Made by a program: the position numbers and the translations under genes. Under the pieces are notes generated by a model. The model saw nothing but the letters and a program-made list of their open reading frames with translations, was not told the DNA's origin and made no database searches. A stretch of DNA of 63,562 nt, filler included. It is 4 parts of 4 records of this genome, joined end to end, with 100 filler letters (N's around TTAATTAATTAA, not from the genome) between each part and the next. Parts side by side here need not be neighbours in the genome. Positions count along the whole stretch, not along the records: positions 34,188 to 57,370 come from DRR723986_5792; 3 more parts are not named here. One strand, 5' to 3'. This document shows positions 38,282 through 48,337 of this stretch, in pieces (the stretch's first letter is position 1; every line of letters begins with the position of its first letter).

Positions 38282-39889
38282 TTATAGTTTTACAGAAGTA
38301 GAAGTGAATCCGGCATGGGAAGCACCGGCTTTTACAGTCACATTTCCTGAACCACGAATAATCCAGCTAAAACTAGCCTTCTCAAATGCGCCCAAAGACT
38401 CCATTAGTTCGATCTTATTTCCTGAAACTATGTCATCGGGATCAGCACTCATATCAATTCTAATTTGTCTAAGCCATCGTGATTGCTCTCCCATCTCTGA
38501 GTGGGTTGGGATAGCAGAATTATTAAACAGATCCATAGTCACTCGTGTCAATCCATTACCAAGTGACTCTGATTTTACATTATGCAGTTCAAGTTTTGGC
38601 TGCATCTCCGCCAACTTAAGAATGAATTCGGTATGCTGATCTGCGATTTCACCTACTTTCTCATAAGAAGGAGTAGTCATCACAAAAGGCTTGATGCCTC
38701 CCACTTCAACTTTTTTACCTGGAAAATCCGGATGCTGAACTTCAGTCCAAGGAACAAAAACATCATTCATCGCTAGTGAATCTGCCCAAGCCAAATAGTT
38801 GGCTTCCGCATTTGACTTGCCTTTGCCAGTAGAATCTTTGAATTCAGGCACCCAATACCCCGGTGTGCTGAAACTCAATCTTCCAAAGTGGAAATAAGCC
38901 CATTGGAAGAAATCCCCATCAGTGCCTTGATTATCCTGCTGGTAAGCCTTCTGCTTAACGGCTTCTTTATAGACATCAGAAATCATAGCGTTTATAGCCT
39001 GATCTTTCTCCAAAATAGAAGTGACCACCCTCTTCTTTGCATTTCCTGCATTGTACTTCAATGGTGAAGACAAATTGTTAGCTGGAGAAAAAGTAACAAA
39101 GGCGAAAATATTCCATTGCTCAAATAGATAGTCAAGAAGCGCGCGAGACTCCTTTTGGGTCACTGGCATATCACCAGCCAATGGCTCAAAAACAGGGAAT
39201 TTATAGGTTAAAGACTTATTGAAAGCAATTCCTTCTTTTAGGTCTTCAGCGAACTCTCCATCTTTATCATCATCTTTTGATTCCTTATAAAGTGAATATT
39301 TCCCAGCTTCTCCCTTGGCTTTATCCACTTTCACTAATACACGCTCATCTTCTTTGGAAAGAACGTAATCTCCCATAGGATCTTCTACTCGCATCATGGT
39401 GATCAGACCATCACCATTCAGATCAGTATATCCACTTCCTCCCGGAGTTCCATCCCGATCATGATCAATCGACACCGCATTGCCTCTTCTTTCATATTTC
39501 AATGAAGCGAAGTACTGCTCGTAAGCGTCTGGAGACATGTTGGGAAAAATGTAAAAAGTCGTAGTCTCAAGCGCTTCCGCATGATCTGAAACCAGCTTTT
39601 CAGCAAATTGTGTGGCCAGCTCCACGCTCAGTACCTCGTAGCCCTCCACTCCGCCTACTACAGCGATGGCCGGTTTTTGATTCAGTTCACCAGTGCCCAC
39701 TTTAAGCACCCAGATATCTTTGCCACCTTCTGTTTTGGTGAGTGAGGTGAGCGTGGCGGAAGCATTGGATGCTACGTTTTGCAAACGCTGATTGAGTTGA
39801 TTAAGCGTGGGGTACTCCGATTGCGCAAATGCAGCGCCTGAAAGCCCCATACCTCCCATCAACAACCAACTGAGTAGTGTTTTCTTCAT
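38282..39889 (-). CDS. M14-fold paralog lacking the canonical zinc ligands
   Basis: Homologous layout (SPDAY, DHDRDG, DLNGDG, HPDFPG.KVEVGG), but GVEGYE replaces HxxE and TFSPAN replaces SFH. Confidence 0.8.
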   Translation of the reverse strand: MKKTLLSWLLMGGMGLSGAAFAQSEYPTLNQLNQRLQNVASNASATLTSLTKTEGGKDIWVLKVGTGELNQKPAIAVVGGVEGYEVLSVELATQFAEKLVSDHAEALETTTFYIFPNMSPDAYEQYFASLKYERRGNAVSIDHDRDGTPGGSGYTDLNGDGLITMMRVEDPMGDYVLSKEDERVLVKVDKAKGEAGKYSLYKESKDDDKDGEFAEDLKEGIAFNKSLTYKFPVFEPLAGDMPVTQKESRALLDYLFEQWNIFAFVTFSPANNLSSPLKYNAGNAKKRVVTSILEKDQAINAMISDVYKEAVKQKAYQQDNQGTDGDFFQWAYFHFGRLSFSTPGYWVPEFKDSTGKGKSNAEANYLAWADSLAMNDVFVPWTEVQHPDFPGKKVEVGGIKPFVMTTPSYEKVGEIADQHTEFILKLAEMQPKLELHNVKSESLGNGLTRVTMDLFNNSAIPTHSEMGEQSRWLRQIRIDMSADPDDIVSGNKIELMESLGAFEKASFSWIIRGSGNVTVKAGASHAGFTSTSVKL

Positions 39890-40099
39890 AAATCGTTTGG
39901 GTTTTAATTCTCTGATTATTGTAATCCTGAAAAAGATTAACCCTAAATTTTACTAAAATTTCGGGACAAAAAGCCTTTTCCTTATTCGGAACGCCGAAAT
40001 AACACTTGAATGGATTGGGATCAGGATAAATGGAGTTGAATTAAAAGTATTGTACAGATCGGGAAAATTCGCTTATTTAAGGTCATTAGCTTTTTCAAT

Positions 40100-40930
40100 A
40101 TGTATCAAAAAGTAGCCCTTGCCATAGCTTTTTCCCCTAGGATGGAAGCTTTGATTTCAGAAACAAAACGACTTGTTCAGCTTTTCGGCTCCGAGCTGAT
40201 CCTAATTCATATAGGTAAAAAAACGGATGAACTAGAGGCCAAACTTGGTGAAATCATGATAAAAAATGGTTTGGATGAGAGCAAAACCAAGCTAATCTGG
40301 AAAGAGGGAAAGCCAGTCAAAATGATCATCGAGGCCTGTAAGGAAGAAAATGCGGACCTGTTGGTGGCTGGGGCTTTGAAGCGTGAGGGATTTCTGACCT
40401 ATTACATGGGATCAGTGGGCAGAAAAATCATCCGTAAATCTCCCTGCTCAGTTTTGACTTTGATTGAGCCGAAAGTTCAATCTACGGTTTTTGAAAAAGT
40501 AGTGCTCAACGGAACTCAGTTAGAAATCACTGCTAATGTGATCGAGTGTGGAATTATTTTCTCCAAGGCGGTAAAGGCAGATCAAGTTCACATTTTGAAT
40601 GAAATAAAAATGTATGGTCTCCAAATGGGCACTGCCAGTGAAGACTCTGAAGAGGAAGCATCAAATACCAGGCGGCAATTGGTGCAGAATGAAGTGGAAT
40701 ATGTAGAGGGAATTTTAAAGCAAATAGATCAAGGAAATTTGAAGATAAATATTAAAGTGACTGGAGGAAGATGGGCAGTAGAATTGGCTAGATTTTGTGA
40801 AAAAATCGAAGCAGACCTGCTGGTAGTGGGTGATGATCAAAAACTGAATTTTTTCGACAGGATTTTCCCACATGATTTGGAAGACCTATTGAGCACTTTG
40901 CCTTGTAATTTATTAATCGTAAAAAATTAA
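40100..40930 (+). CDS. Universal stress protein (two UspA domains)
   Basis: ADLLVAGA, MGSVGRKIIRKSPCSVL, ADLLVVG, PCNLLIVK. Confidence 0.88.
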   Translation: MYQKVALAIAFSPRMEALISETKRLVQLFGSELILIHIGKKTDELEAKLGEIMIKNGLDESKTKLIWKEGKPVKMIIEACKEENADLLVAGALKREGFLTYYMGSVGRKIIRKSPCSVLTLIEPKVQSTVFEKVVLNGTQLEITANVIECGIIFSKAVKADQVHILNEIKMYGLQMGTASEDSEEEASNTRRQLVQNEVEYVEGILKQIDQGNLKINIKVTGGRWAVELARFCEKIEADLLVVGDDQKLNFFDRIFPHDLEDLLSTLPCNLLIVKN

Positions 40931-40936
40931 ACCTCC

Positions 40937-42172
40937 ATGGAAACGTTAGGCCATAAGGAGGTAATTAATTTACTCCTCCAACTCGCATCTATTCTTATAT
41001 TGGCTAGAGTCTTTGCTGAATTGGCAAGGAAGTTCAAGCAACCTGCCGTGGTAGGTGAAATCTTTGCCGGGATCATCCTCGGACCGACCATTCTCGGAAA
41101 TTTCTTTCCTGGAGCTCATGAATATTTATTCGCATCACATGAGATGACAAACATAGCCTTTGATGGCTTTGTACAGATCTCAGTAGTACTTTTGCTATTC
41201 ATAGCAGGATTGGAGGTGGAGTTACATATTGTTTGGAGCCAGGGAAAAAAGGCGCTTTACATAGCTGTGGCCTCGATGATCCTTCCAATTATAGCTGGAT
41301 TCGTGGTGGCATACGCATTCCCGGAGTTTTTAGGAGTTAATATCAATGACAGAATAGTAGCTTCCACCTTCTTTGGTTTAGCTATTTCCATTACGGGGTT
41401 AGCTATTGTAGCAAGGATTCTCATGGATTTAAATCTCTTCAAAACCTCCTCTGGTCTTCTTATTATAGCTGGAGCTATGATAGTAGATGTATTGGGCTGG
41501 CTGATCTTCTCGGTGATTCTATCCCTGTCTGAGTCTGGTAGCGATGGTTTAGGAGTATGGCCCACAATTGGACTTACCTTACTATTTACTTTAGTAATGC
41601 TAACTATTGGAAAGGGATTGATCAACAGAGTATTGCCCTGGATCAATAAGAAGCTGGCCTGGCCGGGAGGCTTACTCTCGCTTTCCCTAGCGCTCTGCTT
41701 TTTGGCAGCATCATTCACCGAATTCATTGGTATTCACGCTATTTTTGGCGCATTTATCATTGGGGTTGCACTTGGAGATTCGGAGTATTTGACGGAAAAA
41801 GCCAAGGAGATTTTACATCAGTTTATCAATAACATTTTTGCTCCTATCTTCTTTGTTTCCATTGGACTCAAGGTAAACTTCATCACTGGATTTGATCCGG
41901 GAATAGTCGGAGTTGTGATTATTGTAGGCTTAGTGACAAAGTATTATGGAGCTTACTTCGGAGGAAGACTTGCAGGGGTTCCGCGCAAAGAATCCATTGT
42001 CGCTGGCTTTGGTATGAGCACTAGAGGAAGTATGGATATCGTACTGGGATTGATAGCTTTAGAAAACGGTTTGGTCACTGAGCCACTGTTTATTGGTTTG
42101 GTGATTTTAGCGATCATTGCCAGCATGACTGCTGGACCGCTCATAGGCTGGGCGAGAAATCTCAAGATATAA
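40937..42172 (+). CDS. Cation:proton antiporter (CPA2/Kef-like)
   Basis: QPAVVGEIFAGIILGP, LLFIAGLE, IHAIFGAF; many TM helices. Confidence 0.9.
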   Translation: METLGHKEVINLLLQLASILILARVFAELARKFKQPAVVGEIFAGIILGPTILGNFFPGAHEYLFASHEMTNIAFDGFVQISVVLLLFIAGLEVELHIVWSQGKKALYIAVASMILPIIAGFVVAYAFPEFLGVNINDRIVASTFFGLAISITGLAIVARILMDLNLFKTSSGLLIIAGAMIVDVLGWLIFSVILSLSESGSDGLGVWPTIGLTLLFTLVMLTIGKGLINRVLPWINKKLAWPGGLLSLSLALCFLAASFTEFIGIHAIFGAFIIGVALGDSEYLTEKAKEILHQFINNIFAPIFFVSIGLKVNFITGFDPGIVGVVIIVGLVTKYYGAYFGGRLAGVPRKESIVAGFGMSTRGSMDIVLGLIALENGLVTEPLFIGLVILAIIASMTAGPLIGWARNLKI

Positions 42173-42273
42173 AAGCTTTTTTCAATCGTTGATTATTAGG
42201 ATCAATTGGCTAAATCTAACAATCGGACGTATTTTTGGGTTCTGAATCGCAAATCCTCATACAAAGAGCTCTC

Positions 42274-43302
42274 ATGAATAAATCCGGAAAAATCGGCGTT
42301 TTGCTGGTGAACCTGGGAACACCAGATAGTACCGCTACCGGCGACGTAAGAAAATACCTTCGCGAATTCCTGATGGATGGTCGTGTAATAGATATTCCAG
42401 TTGTTTTCAGATGGATGCTAATCAATTTAATTATTGCACCATTTCGAGCTCCAAAATCGGCTCATGAATACAAAAAACTATGGACGGATCGCGGATCTCC
42501 CTTACTCTTTCATACAGAAGATCTTAGAGATAAACTGATTGAAAAACTTGACGCCAAGCAATACAAAGTAGCGATCGCAATGCGCTATCAAACGCCTTCC
42601 ATAGAAGCTGGATTAGAGGAATTGCGGAAAGCACATGTCACCAAAATCATCGTACTTCCACTTTTTCCTCAGTATGCTTCGGCATCAACAGGCTCTGTGC
42701 AGGACAAAGTGATGGAGATAGCAAGAACCTGGCAGATTATTCCTGACATTTCATTTATCAGTAATTTCGTAGAACAACCTTTATTTCTAGAGGCTTGGGC
42801 TGAACGTGGCAGAGCTATGCTGGAAGGGAAAGATTACGATAAAATCCTCTTTTCTTACCATGGACTCCCTGAGCGCCATATTCTCAAAGGTTCTGTAGAT
42901 GGCTACTGCCAGCTTGGTGCTTGCTGTAATAAATATGGGGCTAAAAACCATTATTGCTATCGTGCTCAATGCTTCAAAACGACTCGATTGATAGCCGAGA
43001 AACTGGGTATCCCAGAAGAAAAAACAGTGAATTGCTTTCAATCCAGATTAGGGAAAGATCCATGGGTAAAACCTTACACGGATGATGTAATTGATGAGCT
43101 GAATAAGCAAGGAGTGAAGAAGGTACTAGCCTTCTCCCCAGCATTTGTAGCTGATTGTCTTGAAACTACTGTGGAGGTAGCTGGCGAATACCGGGACAAA
43201 TTCCTCGAAGGAGGTGGAGAAGAATGGGACTTGGTTCCTAGCTTGAATTCCGAAAACACTTGGGTAGAATGTGTGAAGGAAATGGTGCTGGAGCATTCTT
43301 GA
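42274..43302 (+). CDS. hemH: Ferrochelatase
   Basis: LLVNLGTP, AMRY, PLFPQY, FSYHGLP, FQSRLG, AFVADCLET. Confidence 0.96.
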   Translation: MNKSGKIGVLLVNLGTPDSTATGDVRKYLREFLMDGRVIDIPVVFRWMLINLIIAPFRAPKSAHEYKKLWTDRGSPLLFHTEDLRDKLIEKLDAKQYKVAIAMRYQTPSIEAGLEELRKAHVTKIIVLPLFPQYASASTGSVQDKVMEIARTWQIIPDISFISNFVEQPLFLEAWAERGRAMLEGKDYDKILFSYHGLPERHILKGSVDGYCQLGACCNKYGAKNHYCYRAQCFKTTRLIAEKLGIPEEKTVNCFQSRLGKDPWVKPYTDDVIDELNKQGVKKVLAFSPAFVADCLETTVEVAGEYRDKFLEGGGEEWDLVPSLNSENTWVECVKEMVLEHS

Positions 43303-43312
43303 ATTAATTGAC

Positions 43313-43514
43313 TTTAACCGCCGAGTGCGCGGAGTATATCGCAGAGGGCACTACTGTTGTCCTCTATTTGAATCAATCAGGGCTAAAAGCCCTTAATAAC
43401 CCAGCCCTGACTAAAGGGCTGGTTTTTTTTGAACAATTGAATAAGTGAACCTAGAGTAAGCAGCTTAATCCTAAACTGTGCCCTCTGCGCAACCTTTGTG
43501 TACTCCGCGGTTAA
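43313..43514. repeat. Inverted pair of REP-like elements
   Basis: TTTAACCGCCGAGTGCGCGGAG...CGCAGAGGGCAC (+, 43313-43351) and TTTAACCGCGGAGTACACAAAG...CGCAGAGGGCAC (-, 43476-43514). Confidence 0.7.
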
Positions 43515-43592
43515 AATCATCCTCCCAACAAGCAACTTAACTTTACCCTTCTTATTCATCCATTTTGCGGATAACCTATTAACTTTGCCCCC

Positions 43593-44756
43593 ATGAACGA
43601 GCGATACATGCAGCGCGGAGTTTCCGCCTCCAAAGAAGATGTGCATCAGGCCATTTCAAAACTTGACAAAGGGCTTTACCCAAAGGCATTTTGTAAGATC
43701 GTGGAAGACACCCTTGGCAACGATCCTGAATACTGCAATATCATGCATGCTGATGGTGCCGGTACCAAATCTTCTCTGGCATATTCCTACTGGAAAGAAA
43801 CCGGCGATGTGAGTGTTTGGAAAGGTATCGCGCAGGACGCGATCATCATGAACACGGATGATTTGCTTTGCGTGGGTGCGATCAACAATATCCTCGTTTC
43901 CTCTACGATTGGTAGAAACAAAAACCTCGTTCCTGGCGAAGTGATCTCCGCGATCATCGAAGGAACCGAAGAGGTTCTTCAGATGCTTCGTGACAATGGC
44001 GTCAACGCTGTACTTACTGGCGGAGAAACTGCTGATGTGGGAGACTTAGTTCGCACAATTATAGTGGATAGCACAGTCACTTGTAGAATGCGACGCGATG
44101 AAGTCATCTCCAATGATCAGATTCAGGGTGGCGATGTGATCGTAGGTTTGGCTTCTTTTGGCCAGGCAAAATACGAGACAGCATACAACGGTGGCATGGG
44201 AAGCAATGGCCTTACCTCTGCCCGTCATGATGTGTTTAATAAAGTACTAAAGACAAAATATCCTGAGAGTTTTGATCCATCTGTCCCGGAAGATCTTGTT
44301 TACTCAGGAAAATATAACCTAACCGATCCAGCTCCAGGCGCACCTGTGAACATCGGTAAGTTGGTCCTTTCTCCTACGAGAACTTACGCTCCAATCATGG
44401 TGGATGTGTTGAACTACATGAGACCAAGAATTCATGGCTTGGTGCACTGCAGCGGTGGAGCGCAGACCAAAGTCCTTCACTTCGTGGACGACGTGCATGT
44501 GATCAAAGACAATTTGTTTGAAACCCCTCCCCTTTTCCAAATCATCCAAGAAGAAAGCGGTACGGACTGGAAAGAGATGTACAAAGTTTTCAACATGGGT
44601 CACAGAATGGAAGTTTACCTGGACGAGCGCTATGCTGAGGAGATCATCGATATCGCGGAATCTTATGGCGTAGAGGCACAGATCATCGGTAGAGTAGAAC
44701 CGCATCAAGGCAAAAAAGTAACGATTACTAGCCCACATGGCGTTTTCGAATATTAA
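43593..44756 (+). CDS. purM: Phosphoribosylformylglycinamidine cyclo-ligase (AIR synthase), Bacteroidota type
   Basis: HADGAGTK, GGETADVGDL, GSNGLT, HCSGGAQTK, VFNMG. Confidence 0.93.
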   Translation: MNERYMQRGVSASKEDVHQAISKLDKGLYPKAFCKIVEDTLGNDPEYCNIMHADGAGTKSSLAYSYWKETGDVSVWKGIAQDAIIMNTDDLLCVGAINNILVSSTIGRNKNLVPGEVISAIIEGTEEVLQMLRDNGVNAVLTGGETADVGDLVRTIIVDSTVTCRMRRDEVISNDQIQGGDVIVGLASFGQAKYETAYNGGMGSNGLTSARHDVFNKVLKTKYPESFDPSVPEDLVYSGKYNLTDPAPGAPVNIGKLVLSPTRTYAPIMVDVLNYMRPRIHGLVHCSGGAQTKVLHFVDDVHVIKDNLFETPPLFQIIQEESGTDWKEMYKVFNMGHRMEVYLDERYAEEIIDIAESYGVEAQIIGRVEPHQGKKVTITSPHGVFEY

Positions 44757-44933
44757 GTTATTATTTAATCGAAATCATATCAGCACCAGTATTTTCCTTG
44801 CTCAGCCGGTCAGAAGACCGATGACGGGAGACCCGCCACAGCGGCCAGGCCGAAGTACCGGAAAAGCTAGTGTTTACCATTTATGAAGTCACTTTGCTCT
44901 TTATTAAATAAAATCGTAGACATCCATATTTAA

Positions 44934-46289
44934 ATGGCATTGAAAGGGAAAAGCATATTACTAAAAACAACAAAAGTCCTAAGTTGGACTTTTGTTGTTT
45001 TGGTGGTAATCGGCTTGATCATTTTGACCAAAGTGGATCGTTCTCCGATTGAGGACCAAGCCTTTTATAAAGAGACTTTGGAGCGAATAAATCAAAGTAC
45101 TTTTTCAAAATCCCAAGGCGAAGCATGGATCGCAGGTTGGTCAAGCGTGAATATGACGCCGGCTGAACCGGCTGATCTGGTTGGCTATGCACCTCGTGGA
45201 AAATATGAATTCGTGCAGGATAGTAGCTTTGTCAAAGCATTGGCTCTTTCTAATGGAAATACAGGGATTGCCTGGCTTAATTATGAATTGCTGATCGTTC
45301 ACCCACATCTAGCAGCGCAAATTCAAACAGCTATAAAAGAAGCAAACCTACCAATTGATCAGGTGATTTTCACAGCAACTCATACACATTCTGGAATGGG
45401 CGGATACATGCCTGGTCCTATGGGAGAAATGGCTTTCGGAGGATACGACCAAAACATTGTGGATTTGATTGTGTCGAGTAGTCTTTCTGCTTTGCAAAAT
45501 GCCATCGCCACTCAAGACACTGTTTCTATCACCTATCGCAAGTCGGACGCAGGTGCGCTAGTAGCCAATAGATTCGTGAAAGATGGGCCGACAGACCCTT
45601 TTGTCCGCCAACTTATTTTCACCAAAAAGTCTGGTAAAAAAGCCACGTTCCTTACCTATTCAGCACATGCTACCACGATGAGCACCAAGTTTATGGGCTT
45701 GTCCGGTGATTATCCTTTTTACTTGACCAAAGAATTGGAAGAAGGTGATTTTGACTTTGCGATGTATGCCGCAGGAACGGTAGGAAGTCATAGACCTTTG
45801 AGGCCGGGAAACACACCTGAAATGGTCGAGCGATATGCGCATCAATTAGACTCTACGCTGAATCTGAGGATGACTTATTTCGCAACTGTCAAAAATCATC
45901 GAATCCAAACTGGCTATCTGCCGATTTCATTGAGAGAACCACATCTTCGTATTTCAGACAATCTTCGCCTTCGCCCATGGCTGTTCAATTATTTACTAGG
46001 CGAGACCAATGCTCATTTAGACATTACGCAGATTGGTAACATGCTTATGATTGCTTCCAGCGGAGAACTCTCCGGAGTTTTCTATGAAAAGTGGGAGAAG
46101 CTGGCGCAAAGCAGAGGTTTGAATCTGATCATTACGACTTTCAACGGTGGATACATTGGCTACATCACTCCTGATGAACTCTATGACGAAAACTTCCACG
46201 AGGTGCGCGAGATGAACTGGTATGGCCCTGGTAACGGAAAGTATTTTGATGAAATGGTGATGGCTATTATCAAGAAGTCAAGCCCTTAA
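44934..46289 (+). CDS. Neutral/alkaline ceramidase-family hydrolase, membrane-anchored
   Basis: N-terminal TM; ATHTHSG, YSAHAT, SGDYP, GYIGYIT. Confidence 0.72.
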   Translation: MALKGKSILLKTTKVLSWTFVVLVVIGLIILTKVDRSPIEDQAFYKETLERINQSTFSKSQGEAWIAGWSSVNMTPAEPADLVGYAPRGKYEFVQDSSFVKALALSNGNTGIAWLNYELLIVHPHLAAQIQTAIKEANLPIDQVIFTATHTHSGMGGYMPGPMGEMAFGGYDQNIVDLIVSSSLSALQNAIATQDTVSITYRKSDAGALVANRFVKDGPTDPFVRQLIFTKKSGKKATFLTYSAHATTMSTKFMGLSGDYPFYLTKELEEGDFDFAMYAAGTVGSHRPLRPGNTPEMVERYAHQLDSTLNLRMTYFATVKNHRIQTGYLPISLREPHLRISDNLRLRPWLFNYLLGETNAHLDITQIGNMLMIASSGELSGVFYEKWEKLAQSRGLNLIITTFNGGYIGYITPDELYDENFHEVREMNWYGPGNGKYFDEMVMAIIKKSSP

Positions 46290-46372
46290 AGGTCCGAAAA
46301 GTCCTCATATAGGTAGTTTTTATCCAGTTATCTCAAAAATCCTTGAGCTATTTTTGCCAAAACTTAAAAGCC

Positions 46373-46759
46373 ATGAGATTCTCCACACTGAAAAGTATAT
46401 ACCAATGCAAGTGTCCTCGCTGCCATAAAGGGGATATGTTTTTGCGTGGTAAATTATTGAATCCAACCAAGTTTTCTGTGATGAACAAATCCTGCTCGCA
46501 TTGCGGGCAGTCCTTTGAACCAGAACCTGGCTATTACTTCGGGGCTATGTTCGTTAGCTATGCGATCAACACTGCCTTATTTATTACTGCCTGGGTGGCT
46601 TTGACGATATTGAAACCAGACTATTCTTTGTCTCTTCTACTTTCTTTGCTGGGTGTAGCGGCCATAGTTTTTCTGCCATTCATCTACCGAATCAGCAGAT
46701 CAATCTGGATTGCGATTTTTATTTCCTACAAAGGCGAAGACCTCCCAAGTTCATCTTGA
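46373..46759 (+). CDS. DUF983-like zinc-ribbon membrane protein
   Basis: CPRCHKG, CSHCG, EPGYYFGAMFVSY, two TM helices. Confidence 0.85.
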   Translation: MRFSTLKSIYQCKCPRCHKGDMFLRGKLLNPTKFSVMNKSCSHCGQSFEPEPGYYFGAMFVSYAINTALFITAWVALTILKPDYSLSLLLSLLGVAAIVFLPFIYRISRSIWIAIFISYKGEDLPSSS

Positions 46760-46821
46760 GGACTTGATTTCTATGAAGTAAGTATATTTGGAATATCTTG
46801 AGTTTCGAAGATATTCCAACT

Positions 46822-47712
46822 ATGCCCAGCAGTCCACTTCCTATATTTCATATTCCAGATTTCGGGCCTGACGCGATAGATTCATCGCATTTCTATTATT
46901 CTGGACTGAAAAGTCATTTGGCCACACATCAATTTATCCAGAAACCACACAAGCATGATTTCTACATTATCGTAATTTTTACCCAAGGGAGTGGAAGCCA
47001 CACCATAGATTTCAAAACCTATCCAGTAGAGCCTGGATCCGTCTTTTTCTTAAGTCCTGGACAGGTGCATTCTTGGGAGCTTTCTCCCGATACCGACGGA
47101 CACATTTTGTTTTTCAGCACTGATTTTTACACCTCCACTTTCTCACGAAAAAGGCTAAACGATTATTCACTTTTCAACTCAATAGTGGAATTTCCCAACC
47201 TAGAAATCGATACACCTGAGACAAGAGAGGTTCTTTTCTTTTTTGAAAAAATTGATCAGGAAACCAAAAGTCCTAACTGGTCCACCAAGGACTTGCTGAG
47301 AAACTATATTGATACACTTCTTATTTTGTTGTATCGATACAAAGGCAGCAAAACTTCTTTTTCGCCCGAAGAAAAACTGGTTCACAATCAATTCCAGCAG
47401 CTGGAATTACTGATTGACAATCACTTTAAAAAACATAGAGAAGCGAGTTTTTACGCAGATCAAATGAGCCTCAGCATGAAACAACTCAATTCACTGTGTA
47501 AAAACACCGTTTCAAAAACCAGCTCTCAACTTATTCTAGACAGGGTTATCCTGGAAGCACAACGACTTTTGACACACTCGGATTTGAACATATCAGAAAT
47601 TGCATACGAGCTGGCATTTGAGGACTCTTCGTATTTCAGCCGCCTATTCAAAAAGAAAACGAACCTGACTCCTGAGCAATTCCGAAAACAACTAGATAAC
47701 ACAGACTTTTAA
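46822..47712 (+). CDS. AraC family transcriptional regulator
   Basis: PHKHDFY cupin, PGQVH, ISEIAYELAFEDSSYFSRLFKK. Confidence 0.93.
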   Translation: MPSSPLPIFHIPDFGPDAIDSSHFYYSGLKSHLATHQFIQKPHKHDFYIIVIFTQGSGSHTIDFKTYPVEPGSVFFLSPGQVHSWELSPDTDGHILFFSTDFYTSTFSRKRLNDYSLFNSIVEFPNLEIDTPETREVLFFFEKIDQETKSPNWSTKDLLRNYIDTLLILLYRYKGSKTSFSPEEKLVHNQFQQLELLIDNHFKKHREASFYADQMSLSMKQLNSLCKNTVSKTSSQLILDRVILEAQRLLTHSDLNISEIAYELAFEDSSYFSRLFKKKTNLTPEQFRKQLDNTDF

Positions 47713-48297
47713 ACTCCAAATCTGAGCTTTCACCCAACCTCCCATAAAGAGGCGCTCATCAGTTTTCAAAAAACCCTTCTTGGAGAAAAGTATTTCGTAC
47801 TTAGGGAGATCATTGCGAGGATGACGGACAACTGCTTGGAAAAAAATGATCATAGCATTAGTTAAGATTCGATGCCAGAAGCTTTTAGGATGAAAAAAAT
47901 CTGCAAGCAGAATCCTTCCATCAATTTCTAGTACCAGCTTGATTTGTTCCAAAAGGGACCCAATTGCCTCGTCAGTCATGGTATCTAGAACAAAATGAAG
48001 CCATATCTCATCAAACTTTTCCCCAGCCTTGAATTCCCCTAAATGAAATTTGAGCTGGCTTGAGTGGATATTTTTCTTTGCTGTTTTCAGCATGCTGCTG
48101 GACAATTCCCAATATTCCCCTGAAATCTCTGGCGCAATTTCAGCGTAGTCCAATCCATCTCCTCCCCCGATAATTAAGACGCGTTTTGACTTCGTGTTTT
48201 CCAAAAAGCAAAGTTTGGACACCTTCAGCTTTTGGCCAAAAACGAAGCTCACTAAAGAAGAATACCAAGGAGCAAGTAAACTATACTGATCTTTCAC
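47692..48297 (-). CDS. Class I SAM-dependent methyltransferase
   Basis: VLIIGGGDG, ELSSSML, FVLD, ILLADF. Start placed at GTG 48297 (uncertain). Confidence 0.75.
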   Translation of the reverse strand: MKDQYSLLAPWYSSLVSFVFGQKLKVSKLCFLENTKSKRVLIIGGGDGLDYAEIAPEISGEYWELSSSMLKTAKKNIHSSQLKFHLGEFKAGEKFDEIWLHFVLDTMTDEAIGSLLEQIKLVLEIDGRILLADFFHPKSFWHRILTNAMIIFFQAVVRHPRNDLPKYEILFSKKGFLKTDERLFMGGWVKAQIWSLKVCVI

Positions 48298-48337
48298 TAG
48301 TTTAAAGGAATGAACTAATTCCCAAAATACCCTTTTT

